This document shows positions 16,925-25,879 of a stretch of DNA of 64,000 nucleotides, piece after piece. How positions within the stretch are numbered: position 1 is the stretch's first letter; the number at the start of each line of letters is the position of its first letter. Made by a program: the position numbers and the translations under genes. Source of the DNA: Krischvirus LF73P4; sequence record OZ035795.1, one strand, 5' to 3'. The notes beneath the pieces were generated by a model. It was not told the DNA's origin. It worked only from the letters and a program-made list of their open reading frames with translations, and did no database searches.

Positions 16925-18407
16925 TATCATTAATCAGCTTGCAGCGACCGACAAAACATCGCTGAAAGAAAAGATCCTGAAAGAATCCGCAAGCAATGAA
17001 ACTCTGAAAGAATGCTTTTATCTGGCATATTGCAAACAGGTTACGTTTGGCGTAAAGAAATACGATAAACCATCTCGCTATTCGTCTGTATTGTCTTTAT
17101 CCGGTGCATTGCAGGTCTTTAAAAATAAACTTGCCACGCGTCAAGTAACTGGTAACGCAGCATTACAGCTAGTTACCGATACTCTGACTTGCTTGTCAGA
17201 AGATGATGCTAAAGTTGCAATGATGGTCCTGAATCGTGATCTGGAATGTGGTTGTTCCGCTACTACTGCAAACAAGGTATGGAAGAAACTGATCCCCCAG
17301 CAGCCGTGCCACCTTGCATCGTCATGTTCTGATAAGACTATTGCTAATATCAAGTATCCGGCGTATGCACAACTTAAAAGCGATGGCGCTCGTGGTATGG
17401 CTGATATTGACGGGGAAACATTAGCAATCTATACCCGCTCAGGTAATACCTATCAAGGACTTGATGATTTGTTTGCGGTTTTAGAGCGTCTACGAGGCCG
17501 TGGAATTGTTCTAGATGGCGAATTGGTATATATGCCTACCCTTTCGCAAACACCAGCGCAGAACTTCGTTGAAAGCGTTTATGATGGTACTCTGTCATGG
17601 ATATTTGAAGAAGAGGAAATGCCATTAACGCCAGTAGCGGAAGCAGTGAAAGAATCCGTTGTTGCAGATCGTCAGACCGGAAATGGTATCCTCAACAAAT
17701 CACTTAAAGGAACTATTCCAAAAGAAGAAGCCCAATGTATTGTTTATACTGTCTGGGATGTTATCGACCGTGATGTGTATTACGGAAATGAGAAAGCAAC
17801 GAAGCAATATAAAGATCGATTCGAAGAACTAAAACAGATTGTTGAAGAACTTAACGATCCTCGTGTTCAGATAATCGAAAACACTGTAGTTAACAATATA
17901 GATGAAGCTCGCGAAGTATATCATCGCTATGTAAACATGGGCTTAGAAGGTATTATCCTTAAAAATTTACATGGTGTATTTGAAGATCGCCGTAGTAAAG
18001 ATCAGGTTAAATTTAAAGAAGTGATTGACTTCGACGCGGAAATTGTTGATGTATATCCGCATAGTAAAGACCCCAATAAGGTAGGCGGTTTTACTGTCCG
18101 TAGTGCGTGCGGACGAATGATGACTAACACCGGATCGGGATTGACCGACACCACAACCGAAAAAGGCGATGATGGTATTGAACGTGTGATTCCGTTTGAC
18201 CGTCGAAATGAACTTGACCGAGAAATGTTATGGGCTGACCGTCATAACCTGATTGGAAAAGTTATTGAGATGACATGCAACGGGTATATCCGCAGCAAAT
18301 CACGTAAAGAAGATGAACCGGAGTTCTCTTTATTTCTCCCAATCATCAAACGTATTCGCTACGACAAGACCACTGCAAATACAGTAAAAGAGGTATTCGA
18401 TGTGTGA
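16911..18407 (+). CDS. 30: ATP-dependent DNA ligase
   Basis: ATG 16911; adenylation motif KSDGAR (KxDG), LDGELVY, EGIILKN, C-terminal FLPIxxRxRxDKTxANT as in T4 gp30. Confidence 0.9.
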   Translation: MSILNIINQLAATDKTSLKEKILKESASNETLKECFYLAYCKQVTFGVKKYDKPSRYSSVLSLSGALQVFKNKLATRQVTGNAALQLVTDTLTCLSEDDAKVAMMVLNRDLECGCSATTANKVWKKLIPQQPCHLASSCSDKTIANIKYPAYAQLKSDGARGMADIDGETLAIYTRSGNTYQGLDDLFAVLERLRGRGIVLDGELVYMPTLSQTPAQNFVESVYDGTLSWIFEEEEMPLTPVAEAVKESVVADRQTGNGILNKSLKGTIPKEEAQCIVYTVWDVIDRDVYYGNEKATKQYKDRFEELKQIVEELNDPRVQIIENTVVNNIDEAREVYHRYVNMGLEGIILKNLHGVFEDRRSKDQVKFKEVIDFDAEIVDVYPHSKDPNKVGGFTVRSACGRMMTNTGSGLTDTTTEKGDDGIERVIPFDRRNELDREMLWADRHNLIGKVIEMTCNGYIRSKSRKEDEPEFSLFLPIIKRIRYDKTTANTVKEVFDV

Positions 18408-18873
18408 TAATGAAGGGGCGAAAGCCCCTAAACCTAAAAAATTGTCAAAGAAAGAGCAACGCCAGATCCTGAAAATGAAATATGGTGGACGTTGTGCCTA
18501 TTGTGGCGAGGAACTAGGGGATCGCTGGCACGCAGACCACATCAAACCAGTATTGCGACGCTCAAAGGTAGTCTATGATGAAAATGGACGAATTGCCCGT
18601 AATGATGATGGATCGTGGAAGTATAAGGTTGTAGGAATGCATAAACCGGAACATGATATACTTGATAACATGAATCCGGCGTGTGTGCAATGCAATCTTT
18701 ATAAAAGCTGTATGGGCTTAGAATACTGGCGTAAGTGTATACGCGAGAACTTCCAGAAGTACATTCAGCGCAATATGGGATTGCGAGCGGCTAAACGCTT
18801 TGGCTTGCTGTCAATTCATGACCAGCCAGTAGAATTTTATTTCGAAAAGTACGAGCGCGAAAATAAGGAGTAA
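18400..18873 (+). CDS. HNH endonuclease
   Basis: 157 aa; CAYCGE...HADHIKP...CVQCN (HNH core with zinc-binding cysteines); start overlaps ligase stop. Confidence 0.7.
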   Translation: MCDNEGAKAPKPKKLSKKEQRQILKMKYGGRCAYCGEELGDRWHADHIKPVLRRSKVVYDENGRIARNDDGSWKYKVVGMHKPEHDILDNMNPACVQCNLYKSCMGLEYWRKCIRENFQKYIQRNMGLRAAKRFGLLSIHDQPVEFYFEKYERENKE

Positions 18874-18880
18874 CCATTAT

Positions 18881-19225
18881 ATGTTCTTTCTGTTTATCTA
18901 TATCCTTTTTGTTTTCCTGGTAGGCATGTACGCAAGCCGTTTAAACCGTAGCGTTATCGGTTATGTTATCCTATCATTGATCATTAGCCCGTTGATCACC
19001 TTTATCATTTTGTTGGTGTTGGGTCCAACGAAATCATATGAACAGGAACAAGCAGACAAGCTAAAAGCCGAGATGGTAGAGAAACAATTTGTTCAACTGT
19101 ATCTAGAAAACCCAGATTTTGAGGAAGTTTCCACCCTTAAGCGAATGTATGACGATCTAACACGATACCCTAACTATCGAAATGTGCTGGCTATGGAAGA
19201 AGCCATTAAGCTCATGAAAAAATAA
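18881..19225 (+). CDS. hypothetical membrane protein
   Basis: 114 aa; two N-terminal hydrophobic helices. Confidence 0.45.
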   Translation: MFFLFIYILFVFLVGMYASRLNRSVIGYVILSLIISPLITFIILLVLGPTKSYEQEQADKLKAEMVEKQFVQLYLENPDFEEVSTLKRMYDDLTRYPNYRNVLAMEEAIKLMKK

Positions 19226-19238
19226 TTCAAAAAAGTTG

Positions 19239-19267
19239 TTGACAGGGGATCACGTATCCCCTATACT
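19239..19267 (+). promoter_or_regulatory. PeSL-type promoter (hairpin GGGGATCACGTATCCCC in spacer)
   Basis: TTGACA 19239-19244, 17-nt hairpin spacer, TATACT 19262-19267, conserved leader + AAGGAGAATCAAAATG. Confidence 0.65.
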
Positions 19268-19309
19268 ACACACATCAAAACGAAACACACTTTCTTAAGG
19301 AGAATCAAA

Positions 19310-19588
19310 ATGAGCAACCTGTCTTTCGCTAAAGTAGAAATTTCTAAAACTCGCGGTGGCTTTAAAATCAAAACTTCCAATATCACTTCCTGCCGTGGTT
19401 GCGTCCGGTTTGCGTTCGACTTGGCAGCGAAGCTGGGTATTAAAACCTTTACCGTTGAGAGCGGATCTAACTGGACCACTCTGATTGTTACTGCCGCTTG
19501 GATTAATGGCGAGTATGTGGAAAAAGCATACTTTGACATTTTCTATGACTATGAAGAAAAATGCTTTTATGCACTGCAAGACATGTAA
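19310..19588 (+). CDS. hypothetical protein
   Basis: 92 aa behind PeSL promoter. Confidence 0.5.
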   Translation: MSNLSFAKVEISKTRGGFKIKTSNITSCRGCVRFAFDLAAKLGIKTFTVESGSNWTTLIVTAAWINGEYVEKAYFDIFYDYEEKCFYALQDM

Positions 19589-19598
19589 GGAGGATAAC

Positions 19599-19907
19599 GT
19601 GACAACACAAGATATTGTTAATGTGCTTTATATCTGGACTACTGGTGCAATGATCTCGTATCTAGTATTCTGCTTGTACGCCAGATTCGACAAGGACACC
19701 AAAGAGGTCGATACAGGAGCATTTTGTATTGCTGCAATCGTATGGCCTATAACGTGGACCGTGGTTGATATTGTTATGTGTTATAAAGGATTGAAATGTT
19801 TTGGTTTGATGATTGCTGGTAAACCGGAAGCGAAGCCGCGCAAGCATAAAGGATTTACTCCAAAACAAGAAGACGACGGTCGATATAAACCGGAAGAAGA
19901 TTTTTAA
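19599..19907 (+). CDS. hypothetical membrane protein
   Basis: GTG start after AAGGAGG; two TM segments; C-terminal basic tail. Confidence 0.4.
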   Translation: MTTQDIVNVLYIWTTGAMISYLVFCLYARFDKDTKEVDTGAFCIAAIVWPITWTVVDIVMCYKGLKCFGLMIAGKPEAKPRKHKGFTPKQEDDGRYKPEEDF

Positions 19908-19912
19908 AACAG

Positions 19913-19941
19913 TTGACATGAAAATGCGGTTATCCTATAAT
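19913..19941 (+). promoter_or_regulatory. PeSL-type promoter (hairpin GCGGTTATCCTATAATAACCGC spanning -10)
   Basis: TTGACA 19913-19918, TATAAT 19936-19941 inside hairpin. Confidence 0.65.
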
Positions 19942-19975
19942 AACCGCATCAAATGAACGATGTGAGGATTATATT

Positions 19976-20284
19976 ATGTTTATCTCTTCTGCTACTCCAG
20001 TTAAAGTTTACGGCGAAACTGTGTATCTTCCGGCTGGCTATCGCTATGTTATCGTTGACCGTCACGGTGTAGTGTATGCTTTTAAAGGCCGTCCGGTTGA
20101 GATTGATTCTGAATATGGCACATGGGGATATAAAGCCGCATACATGGATATTCCTGATTTGGGAGTACGTTTAGGAAGATTTGATAATGATGTTAAACCA
20201 TGCTTGATTAAGTATGCATCCTATGGTAAAACTGTTAAACCAAATAGCGTCGGCTGGATTGATGACGGCGTTAACGTGAAATAA
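19976..20284 (+). CDS. hypothetical protein
   Basis: 102 aa; GAGGATTATATTATG initiation module. Confidence 0.5.
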   Translation: MFISSATPVKVYGETVYLPAGYRYVIVDRHGVVYAFKGRPVEIDSEYGTWGYKAAYMDIPDLGVRLGRFDNDVKPCLIKYASYGKTVKPNSVGWIDDGVNVK

Positions 20285-20298
20285 TGTGAGGTGAATTT

Positions 20299-20592
20299 AT
20301 GCTGTCTACTCGTAAAATGGTTGTTGGTGTCGCTGAAAATGCTTTAGAAATCGCTGATGAGGCTTTGACCGTCGCTTATGTTCGACGTGAAGAATTGCTA
20401 TTGAAACACGCGGATCTATTGGTTGAACGGAAAGAGACTATGAAAGCTGGTAAAAGCACGCTCGCGATTGCCATTAAACTATCTGATAGTGAAGATGAGA
20501 TCGTGGAGATCCACACTAAGATCAAGGAAGTAGAAAAATACTCTGAAATGCTGCGACATAATCTTGATGAATTAGGGGTAAATCATGGCTAA
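20299..20592 (+). CDS. hypothetical protein
   Basis: 97 aa; GTGAGGTGAATTTATG ribosome-binding site. Confidence 0.5.
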   Translation: MLSTRKMVVGVAENALEIADEALTVAYVRREELLLKHADLLVERKETMKAGKSTLAIAIKLSDSEDEIVEIHTKIKEVEKYSEMLRHNLDELGVNHG

Positions 20593-20806
20593 GTTACGAT
20601 CTGGACGAGTTTTAACGCTGGCTGAACTGAAAGAAAAAGGTTTAGACCCTGATTCTGTAGGTATTAGACCTATTAATTACATTCTGTTTCTAGAGGGTAA
20701 ACTCTTTACTAATGCTCATCCAGCATTAAATGCACCACATTTTTATAAGTGTAATGACTTTAACGGTTATATCGTTCCAGAATATTTCTTAGAATTTGAT
20801 GATTAG
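20585..20806 (+). CDS. hypothetical protein
   Basis: 73 aa; start overlaps upstream stop. Confidence 0.4.
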   Translation: MAKLRSGRVLTLAELKEKGLDPDSVGIRPINYILFLEGKLFTNAHPALNAPHFYKCNDFNGYIVPEYFLEFDD

Positions 20807-21092
20807 TATAAAACACTCACCGACCGGAAAGGGGTCGGTGATCTTCAATGACGATAAACCGTTAATCTTGATTCGTAATGGTGACTGGACATTGCATGAT
20901 ACCCGTGTTACTATCCATTCACCGCCTAAAGAGATTCAACGGGAATTGGTTAGGATCGCCCTAACCGATAAGCATAAAGAGGCGGTAGGCTATTCTCTTC
21001 TGAAATTAGGTGTTGACTTTCCTTTCGAGTATACGCTAACATTCAGAGAGCAGTCAGTGAAGCTAACAGAGATTCTATTCTCTGAGATATGA
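20796..21092 (+). CDS. hypothetical protein
   Basis: 98 aa; overlaps upstream ORF end. Confidence 0.4.
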   Translation: MMISIKHSPTGKGSVIFNDDKPLILIRNGDWTLHDTRVTIHSPPKEIQRELVRIALTDKHKEAVGYSLLKLGVDFPFEYTLTFREQSVKLTEILFSEI

Positions 21093-21102
21093 GGATTATA
21101 TA

Positions 21103-21534
21103 ATGGTTTATCCAACTCCTAGTAAGATTTACATTGACGATACTCATTTTCTTGTTGAAATTATGGGTATAAAGTTTAGTGGTAATGTTAAAATTGTAGA
21201 ATGGGAATTGCACGGTCAACCTGTAACCGATTATGACAATTATATCCCTTTCGGTGGCGATGATAACTTTGTTTCATTCGACCATGAAGGTTACATGAAC
21301 TTTGAGCAAGACGATGTACCTTTGTATCTGGCAATGATGGATATTCCTACCAAAACAGAATATACAGAGGGTGATTGCGATTGTTGCGGATACTACAGCG
21401 TAACAGATATTAAGCTGCCATCCGGTAAAGAACTTTACAAAGAGGATCATTTCGGAAACTGCAATTTTCCGTGTGATTGGCAAGAATTTTTTGAACTGGT
21501 AGAGATTGAGCGAACTTATTTGAGGAAGGGATAA
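21103..21534 (+). CDS. hypothetical protein (Cys-rich C-terminal half)
   Basis: 143 aa; CDCCGYY...CNFPC; ATGAGGATTATATAATG start context. Confidence 0.5.
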   Translation: MVYPTPSKIYIDDTHFLVEIMGIKFSGNVKIVEWELHGQPVTDYDNYIPFGGDDNFVSFDHEGYMNFEQDDVPLYLAMMDIPTKTEYTEGDCDCCGYYSVTDIKLPSGKELYKEDHFGNCNFPCDWQEFFELVEIERTYLRKG

Positions 21535-22346
21535 TGAAGAAAGCATTAGGTTTAATTCCCTATACGGGCAATAAGGAAAAGTTATTGCCTGGTGTTAGTA
21601 AGTATTTCCCTAAGCACTATAACCGCTTTGTCGATGCCTTTTGTGGCGGTTTGAGCGTGTCTCTGTACGTCGAAGGGGATGTTCTGGCTAATGACTATGA
21701 TCACCGCTTAATTGATGCTTACAAAGCGATTGACGAGTGTCCTGATCCGGTTTTTATGATCAAGCGGATTATTGCCGAAAATGGTTTGTCTCGTGATGAT
21801 AAAGATGCTTACATGGCATTCCGTAAGAAGTATAATGAGAATCCAGATCCGCTATCTCTGTTTGTTCTGATTCAGCACAGTTTTAGCAACATTAACCGCC
21901 ATAACCGGAAGGGCGAATTTAATGCTAATTTTGGTCGCCGGACTTTTAACGAAAACGCGGTAGAGCGTGTCCTGAATTTTAAGGAAGAAAACAAAGACGG
22001 TCGAATCAATTTTACGTCTGGTCGTTATGACGAGATCGAGATCTTGCCCGGTGATTTCGTTTATTTGGACCCGCCGTACCTTATCACTTCTGCGGAATAT
22101 AATAAGTTCTGGAGTGACGAGGAAGAGATTAAATTCTATCAGTGGGTGGAATCTATTATGGCGCGTGGTTTTCAGTTTGGTATCAGTAATGTCACGCATC
22201 ATAAGGGAAAGGTAAATGATCATCTTCTTGACTTTATCAAGCGGAATGATCTAAACTGCGTCCTGTTGAATAAGACCTATTGCCTAGATCGTTCAGGTGG
22301 CAAGTCTTCTGATACGCAAGAAGTTTATGTAACTAACGTAGATTGA
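21534..22346 (+). CDS. dam: DNA adenine methyltransferase (Dam)
   Basis: 270 aa; PYTGNK, FxKHYNRFVDAFCGGLSV (AdoMet motif), DPPY catalytic motif, collinear with T4 Dam. Confidence 0.85.
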   Translation: MKKALGLIPYTGNKEKLLPGVSKYFPKHYNRFVDAFCGGLSVSLYVEGDVLANDYDHRLIDAYKAIDECPDPVFMIKRIIAENGLSRDDKDAYMAFRKKYNENPDPLSLFVLIQHSFSNINRHNRKGEFNANFGRRTFNENAVERVLNFKEENKDGRINFTSGRYDEIEILPGDFVYLDPPYLITSAEYNKFWSDEEEIKFYQWVESIMARGFQFGISNVTHHKGKVNDHLLDFIKRNDLNCVLLNKTYCLDRSGGKSSDTQEVYVTNVD

Positions 22347-22354
22347 GGTATAAT

Positions 22355-22636
22355 ATGGTAGAAATTTTTGGTTTTGAAGGTTACAACTGTAAGTATTGCC
22401 AGAATGCAAAGCGCCTTTGTGAATCGCGTAAGATCCCTTACATCTACATTCCGGTTAATGATGGTGTAGACGAAAACGGTCGTCCGGTAAAGATTGATTC
22501 TATCATTGCCGACATTCAGGATCGCGCAGGGGTAGAAGTTATTGCCACCATGCCGCAGATTTTCTATAATGGTGATTATATAGGTGGTTTTGATGAGTTC
22601 AGATCCTTTGTAGTCAAAAACAAGATTAATGGTTAA
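22355..22636 (+). CDS. nrdC: glutaredoxin/thioredoxin-like protein
   Basis: 93 aa; CKYC active-site motif near N-terminus, PQIFxNGxYIGGFDE C-terminal glutaredoxin signature; assignment to nrdC is by position/size. Confidence 0.6.
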   Translation: MVEIFGFEGYNCKYCQNAKRLCESRKIPYIYIPVNDGVDENGRPVKIDSIIADIQDRAGVEVIATMPQIFYNGDYIGGFDEFRSFVVKNKING

Positions 22637-22660
22637 ATACCTTCTTTGGAGGGTGAATTT

Positions 22661-23134
22661 ATGTTACTGACTGCTAAGAGTGCTAAAGAGTACAAACAAG
22701 AACTATTCGAAAAACAGGGGGGCATTTGCCCCCTTTGTCAATTGCCCCTTTTTGAGGATATGAGCAAAAACCATCTTGACCACGACCACGATCTAGATGG
22801 GAAAGGTCAAGGCCGTGTAAGGGGATTGCTTCATTCGTGTTGCAACCGCCTAGAAGGATCGTTGACCGGAGACTTTAAGCGGTTTGGAGTTGGTGCTTTA
22901 GGTGCTGATTTCGTTGTTTGGGCTACAAACTATGTTAATTACATCAAAGGAGACTACACCAACAATCATTTACATCCTCAATATGCTGTTGATAAAGTAA
23001 AACGATTTTCACGCTTGACACGCGCGGAGATGGTTGCTATTATGGACGCAGAAGGTTTCGATTACTGCGACGCTGATACACGAGAAGAAATCACGAAGAA
23101 GTATAAGAAACAATTTATACAAAGATTAAGATAG
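22661..23134 (+). CDS. 49: recombination endonuclease VII
   Basis: ATG 22661 after GGAGGGTG; collinear with T4 endo VII (CxLCQ, NHLDHDH, GxVRGLL, CNxxEG, SRLxxxEM). Confidence 0.85.
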   Translation: MLLTAKSAKEYKQELFEKQGGICPLCQLPLFEDMSKNHLDHDHDLDGKGQGRVRGLLHSCCNRLEGSLTGDFKRFGVGALGADFVVWATNYVNYIKGDYTNNHLHPQYAVDKVKRFSRLTRAEMVAIMDAEGFDYCDADTREEITKKYKKQFIQRLR

Positions 23135-23137
23135 TGG

Positions 23138-23166
23138 TTGACAATAAGAAATGGGAGTAGTAAAAT
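23138..23166 (+). promoter_or_regulatory. PeSL-type promoter
   Basis: TTGACA 23138-23143, palindrome GGGAGTAGTAAAATACTCCC, TAAAAT -10. Confidence 0.65.
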
Positions 23167-23197
23167 ACTCCCATCTAATCAAGAAGGAGAATCAACA

Positions 23198-23470
23198 ATG
23201 CGTAAGATGTTTAAAGCTGGTGTGGCCTATGTTTTTAAATCTGAGCAAGCACGTAAAGACTTCTTAGAGGACGACTACGAAGGTCTGAAAGATACCTACG
23301 AAGCAATCAAGAATGGATTTACTGTTCTTAAAGTGTCACCTATTGGTTATGTAAGTGAAATCTCGGTTGATGGGAAAACCTACACCGCTAAAGACTTTGA
23401 TCCGCGTTGGGAATTTATGCTGCTTCCATGTGACCGCATTCTGTTTCGTGCTGTTCAATTAGTGAAATGA
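23198..23470 (+). CDS. paralogue-family protein, one module
   Basis: 90 aa; shares the GFxVLKV...G.V.EI.VDGxxYTAxDF module with following ORFs. Confidence 0.55.
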   Translation: MRKMFKAGVAYVFKSEQARKDFLEDDYEGLKDTYEAIKNGFTVLKVSPIGYVSEISVDGKTYTAKDFDPRWEFMLLPCDRILFRAVQLVK

Positions 23471-23484
23471 TAGAGGATTATATT

Positions 23485-24051
23485 ATGGTACAGAAAACGT
23501 ATAAATTGTATCCGGCTAAGTCTTCAAATGATGCTGTTTTTGAACGAGGTCGTTATTACACTTTCCGTAATGCTGAGTCCGCAGTGGAATTTGTTAAACG
23601 CTATCCACAACATAACAAATTCCTGCATGATGTGCTTCGCAATGGCTTTAAAGTTCTGACGGTTAATGTTATGGGTAAAGTGTATTTGGTAGAAACTCAT
23701 GATTATGAGGGCGCGTCAATAATGATTGATGCAAGCGAGCGAAAATACTTTAAACGCATCACTAAAAAGCAGTTTGAAGAAATGAAACCAGTTAAGAAAG
23801 AAGAATCTCTGGAAGACCTGATTAACTTGTTTGCGAAGTCTTCTTTGGTGTCATTGACGCTGGAAGATTTTAGCTTTGATAATCAGCTATACTTTAAAAA
23901 TGCAGATGACTTGAAAGATTTTCTGATTGAGAATAAACCTAAGCTAGAAACCTATATCAAAGGTGAGCTTAAGCGCATGGAACATCAAGCAAAATATAGC
24001 GCCGATAAAGTAGCTGAACTGAAAGAGATCCAAAAGTCATTTAACGCTTGA
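23485..24051 (+). CDS. paralogue-family protein, one module + helical tail
   Basis: ATG after GAGGATTATATT; module YYTFRN...GFKVLTV...ERKYFKRITKKQFEEM. Confidence 0.55.
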   Translation: MVQKTYKLYPAKSSNDAVFERGRYYTFRNAESAVEFVKRYPQHNKFLHDVLRNGFKVLTVNVMGKVYLVETHDYEGASIMIDASERKYFKRITKKQFEEMKPVKKEESLEDLINLFAKSSLVSLTLEDFSFDNQLYFKNADDLKDFLIENKPKLETYIKGELKRMEHQAKYSADKVAELKEIQKSFNA

Positions 24052-24076
24052 CATGATGAAACGGGAGTAGTAAGAT
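24048..24076 (+). promoter_or_regulatory. PeSL-type promoter
   Basis: TTGACA 24048-24053, palindrome GGGAGTAGTAAGATACTCCC, TAAGAT -10. Confidence 0.65.
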
Positions 24077-24107
24077 ACTCCCATCTAAACAACGAGAGGA
24101 TTATATT

Positions 24108-25286
24108 ATGGCTAAATTCTTTGAAGGTCATTACTATGCATTCCGTGAAGGCGGTAAAGATGAGTTTCTAGACTTTTCTCGCTATTCAATTATTCTGACC
24201 GATGCTTCGCGCCGTGGTCATATTCGGGTTGCTGAAATCGTAGAAAAGGGCTTTAAAGTATTAGAAAAAGATGACCACGGTCATGTTATTACTATTGAAG
24301 CTGGAGATGTAGTTTATTCCGCTAATGATATTGTTGATTATTGGGCTACTATGATTATGAACAATGAGCGCAAATACTTTAAACGTATCTCAAAAGAGGC
24401 ATACGAAGCGATGAACAAGAAAGAGGATGCAATGCCGACTTACTTTGAAAAAGGTAAATGTTATTCGTTTACCCCAGAAGGTTTGCAAGAATTTAAGCGA
24501 TTCTGGGGAGAGCATGACCCAGAGCACAAAGAAGCTATGAAACTTGTTGATTTTGTCGAATATGGCTTTTTAGTTGAAGAAGAATTGCACGGATCAGCTA
24601 CCATGATCACCGCGAAAGGTGAAACTGTTAAGGCAGATCGTTTTTGTGACCAATGGAATTGCTTGTTTGACGGTAGCGAATTTGAATACTTCGCGGAAAT
24701 CACGCGAGTTGAATATGTCCGTATGCAGGAGCGTGGTCAGAGATTTAAAGTAGGCGAACGCTACAAACCAAATCCACATAATTTGCCTCATTGGTTTAAC
24801 ACTGAAACCGTATCCAGTCATGTTATTGAAATTGTTCAAAAGCTGGAACATGGATTTAAGGTAACTAAAGTAGATTCTTTCGGAAGTGTTGACGCGGTTG
24901 AAATTGATGGTGTAGAATATACACCGAAATCTTTCGGGCTTTGCTGGTATCACTTGATCAGCAATGATGAACGTTATAACTTTGTTGAACTGCCATCTGA
25001 ACCGGAAGAAGCACTAGAAGATCATGATCATCTGTCTGAACTGGTTAAGCTGTTTGGTGATCTGCCGGATGGTGTGGGTGTTGCGGTAATGGGTGAAGGT
25101 ACTGTTATTCGCAACCTGAAAGACCTTAAAAAGTTCTTGATCGACATGCTTCCTAAACTCGATGAGAATCTAGATACAGATATTCAGAATCGCAAAGAAA
25201 TTGTTAAAGAGACTGAAAAAGAGATCGAAGAGATTCGAGCAATTCGCCAGAAGGTGAAAGCAGTAAAGAAAAAAGTTAGTGTTTGA
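24108..25286 (+). CDS. paralogue-family protein, about four modules + helical tail
   Basis: 392 aa with internal repeats (YYAFRE.../CYSFTPE.../RYKPNP...), each ending in an (E/D)RKYF / EFEYF / ERYNF motif. Confidence 0.6.
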   Translation: MAKFFEGHYYAFREGGKDEFLDFSRYSIILTDASRRGHIRVAEIVEKGFKVLEKDDHGHVITIEAGDVVYSANDIVDYWATMIMNNERKYFKRISKEAYEAMNKKEDAMPTYFEKGKCYSFTPEGLQEFKRFWGEHDPEHKEAMKLVDFVEYGFLVEEELHGSATMITAKGETVKADRFCDQWNCLFDGSEFEYFAEITRVEYVRMQERGQRFKVGERYKPNPHNLPHWFNTETVSSHVIEIVQKLEHGFKVTKVDSFGSVDAVEIDGVEYTPKSFGLCWYHLISNDERYNFVELPSEPEEALEDHDHLSELVKLFGDLPDGVGVAVMGEGTVIRNLKDLKKFLIDMLPKLDENLDTDIQNRKEIVKETEKEIEEIRAIRQKVKAVKKKVSV

Positions 25287-25310
25287 CATGCGAAGGGAGT
25301 ATGCTATAAT
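25283..25310 (+). promoter_or_regulatory. PeSL-type promoter
   Basis: TTGACA 25283-25288, palindrome GGGAGTATGCTATAATACTCCC containing TATAAT. Confidence 0.65.
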
Positions 25311-25340
25311 ACTCCCACTTAACAACGAGAGGATTATATT

Positions 25341-25835
25341 ATGTGGGTACAAGATGTTTGGTATACTGTAACTAAAGAAAACCTTGACGCATTCAGCGAC
25401 CAATCTTGCGCTAATAGCTCAATTGCTGGTATACTTACTGATGTGTTTGGTGGTGTTGATAAAATTCGTTTTAAAGTTGTTGTTAGTTCGATGGGGCATG
25501 TGCAAGATCTTTACACCGAAGATAAAGACCTTGATCTTGAACTTCGTCTTCGTATTGAGAATGCAAGTCTAGGTTATTGGTTTGAAGATAACGAGTATGA
25601 ATACTTCACACCAGCAATTAAAGTTTTTGCAACTAAACTGGAAGCTGTACTAAATCTCCGACCAATTAATGTTGACGGTTACATTATCAAAAATATTCAG
25701 GAGTGGGATTCATATCTAGATCAGATTATCCGAAATAGTAAGCAGGAAGCCGCTAATAAGAAGCGACAAGAGATCAAACAACTGAAAGCTGAACTGGAAG
25801 CGGCGGAAAAAGAATTAGCAGAACTGGTAAAATAA
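25341..25835 (+). CDS. hypothetical protein (possible divergent family member, coiled-coil tail)
   Basis: 164 aa; EYEYFTPAIK motif and C-terminal KQLKAELEAAEKELAEL. Confidence 0.5.
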   Translation: MWVQDVWYTVTKENLDAFSDQSCANSSIAGILTDVFGGVDKIRFKVVVSSMGHVQDLYTEDKDLDLELRLRIENASLGYWFEDNEYEYFTPAIKVFATKLEAVLNLRPINVDGYIIKNIQEWDSYLDQIIRNSKQEAANKKRQEIKQLKAELEAAEKELAELVK

Positions 25836-25844
25836 CTATCAACG

Positions 25845-25867
25845 AGCGGGAGAAATCCCGCTTTTTC
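25845..25867 (+). terminator. rho-independent terminator
   Basis: AGCGGGA-GAAA-TCCCGCT hairpin + TTTTT. Confidence 0.6.
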
Positions 25868-25879
25868 ATAGGTGATACA

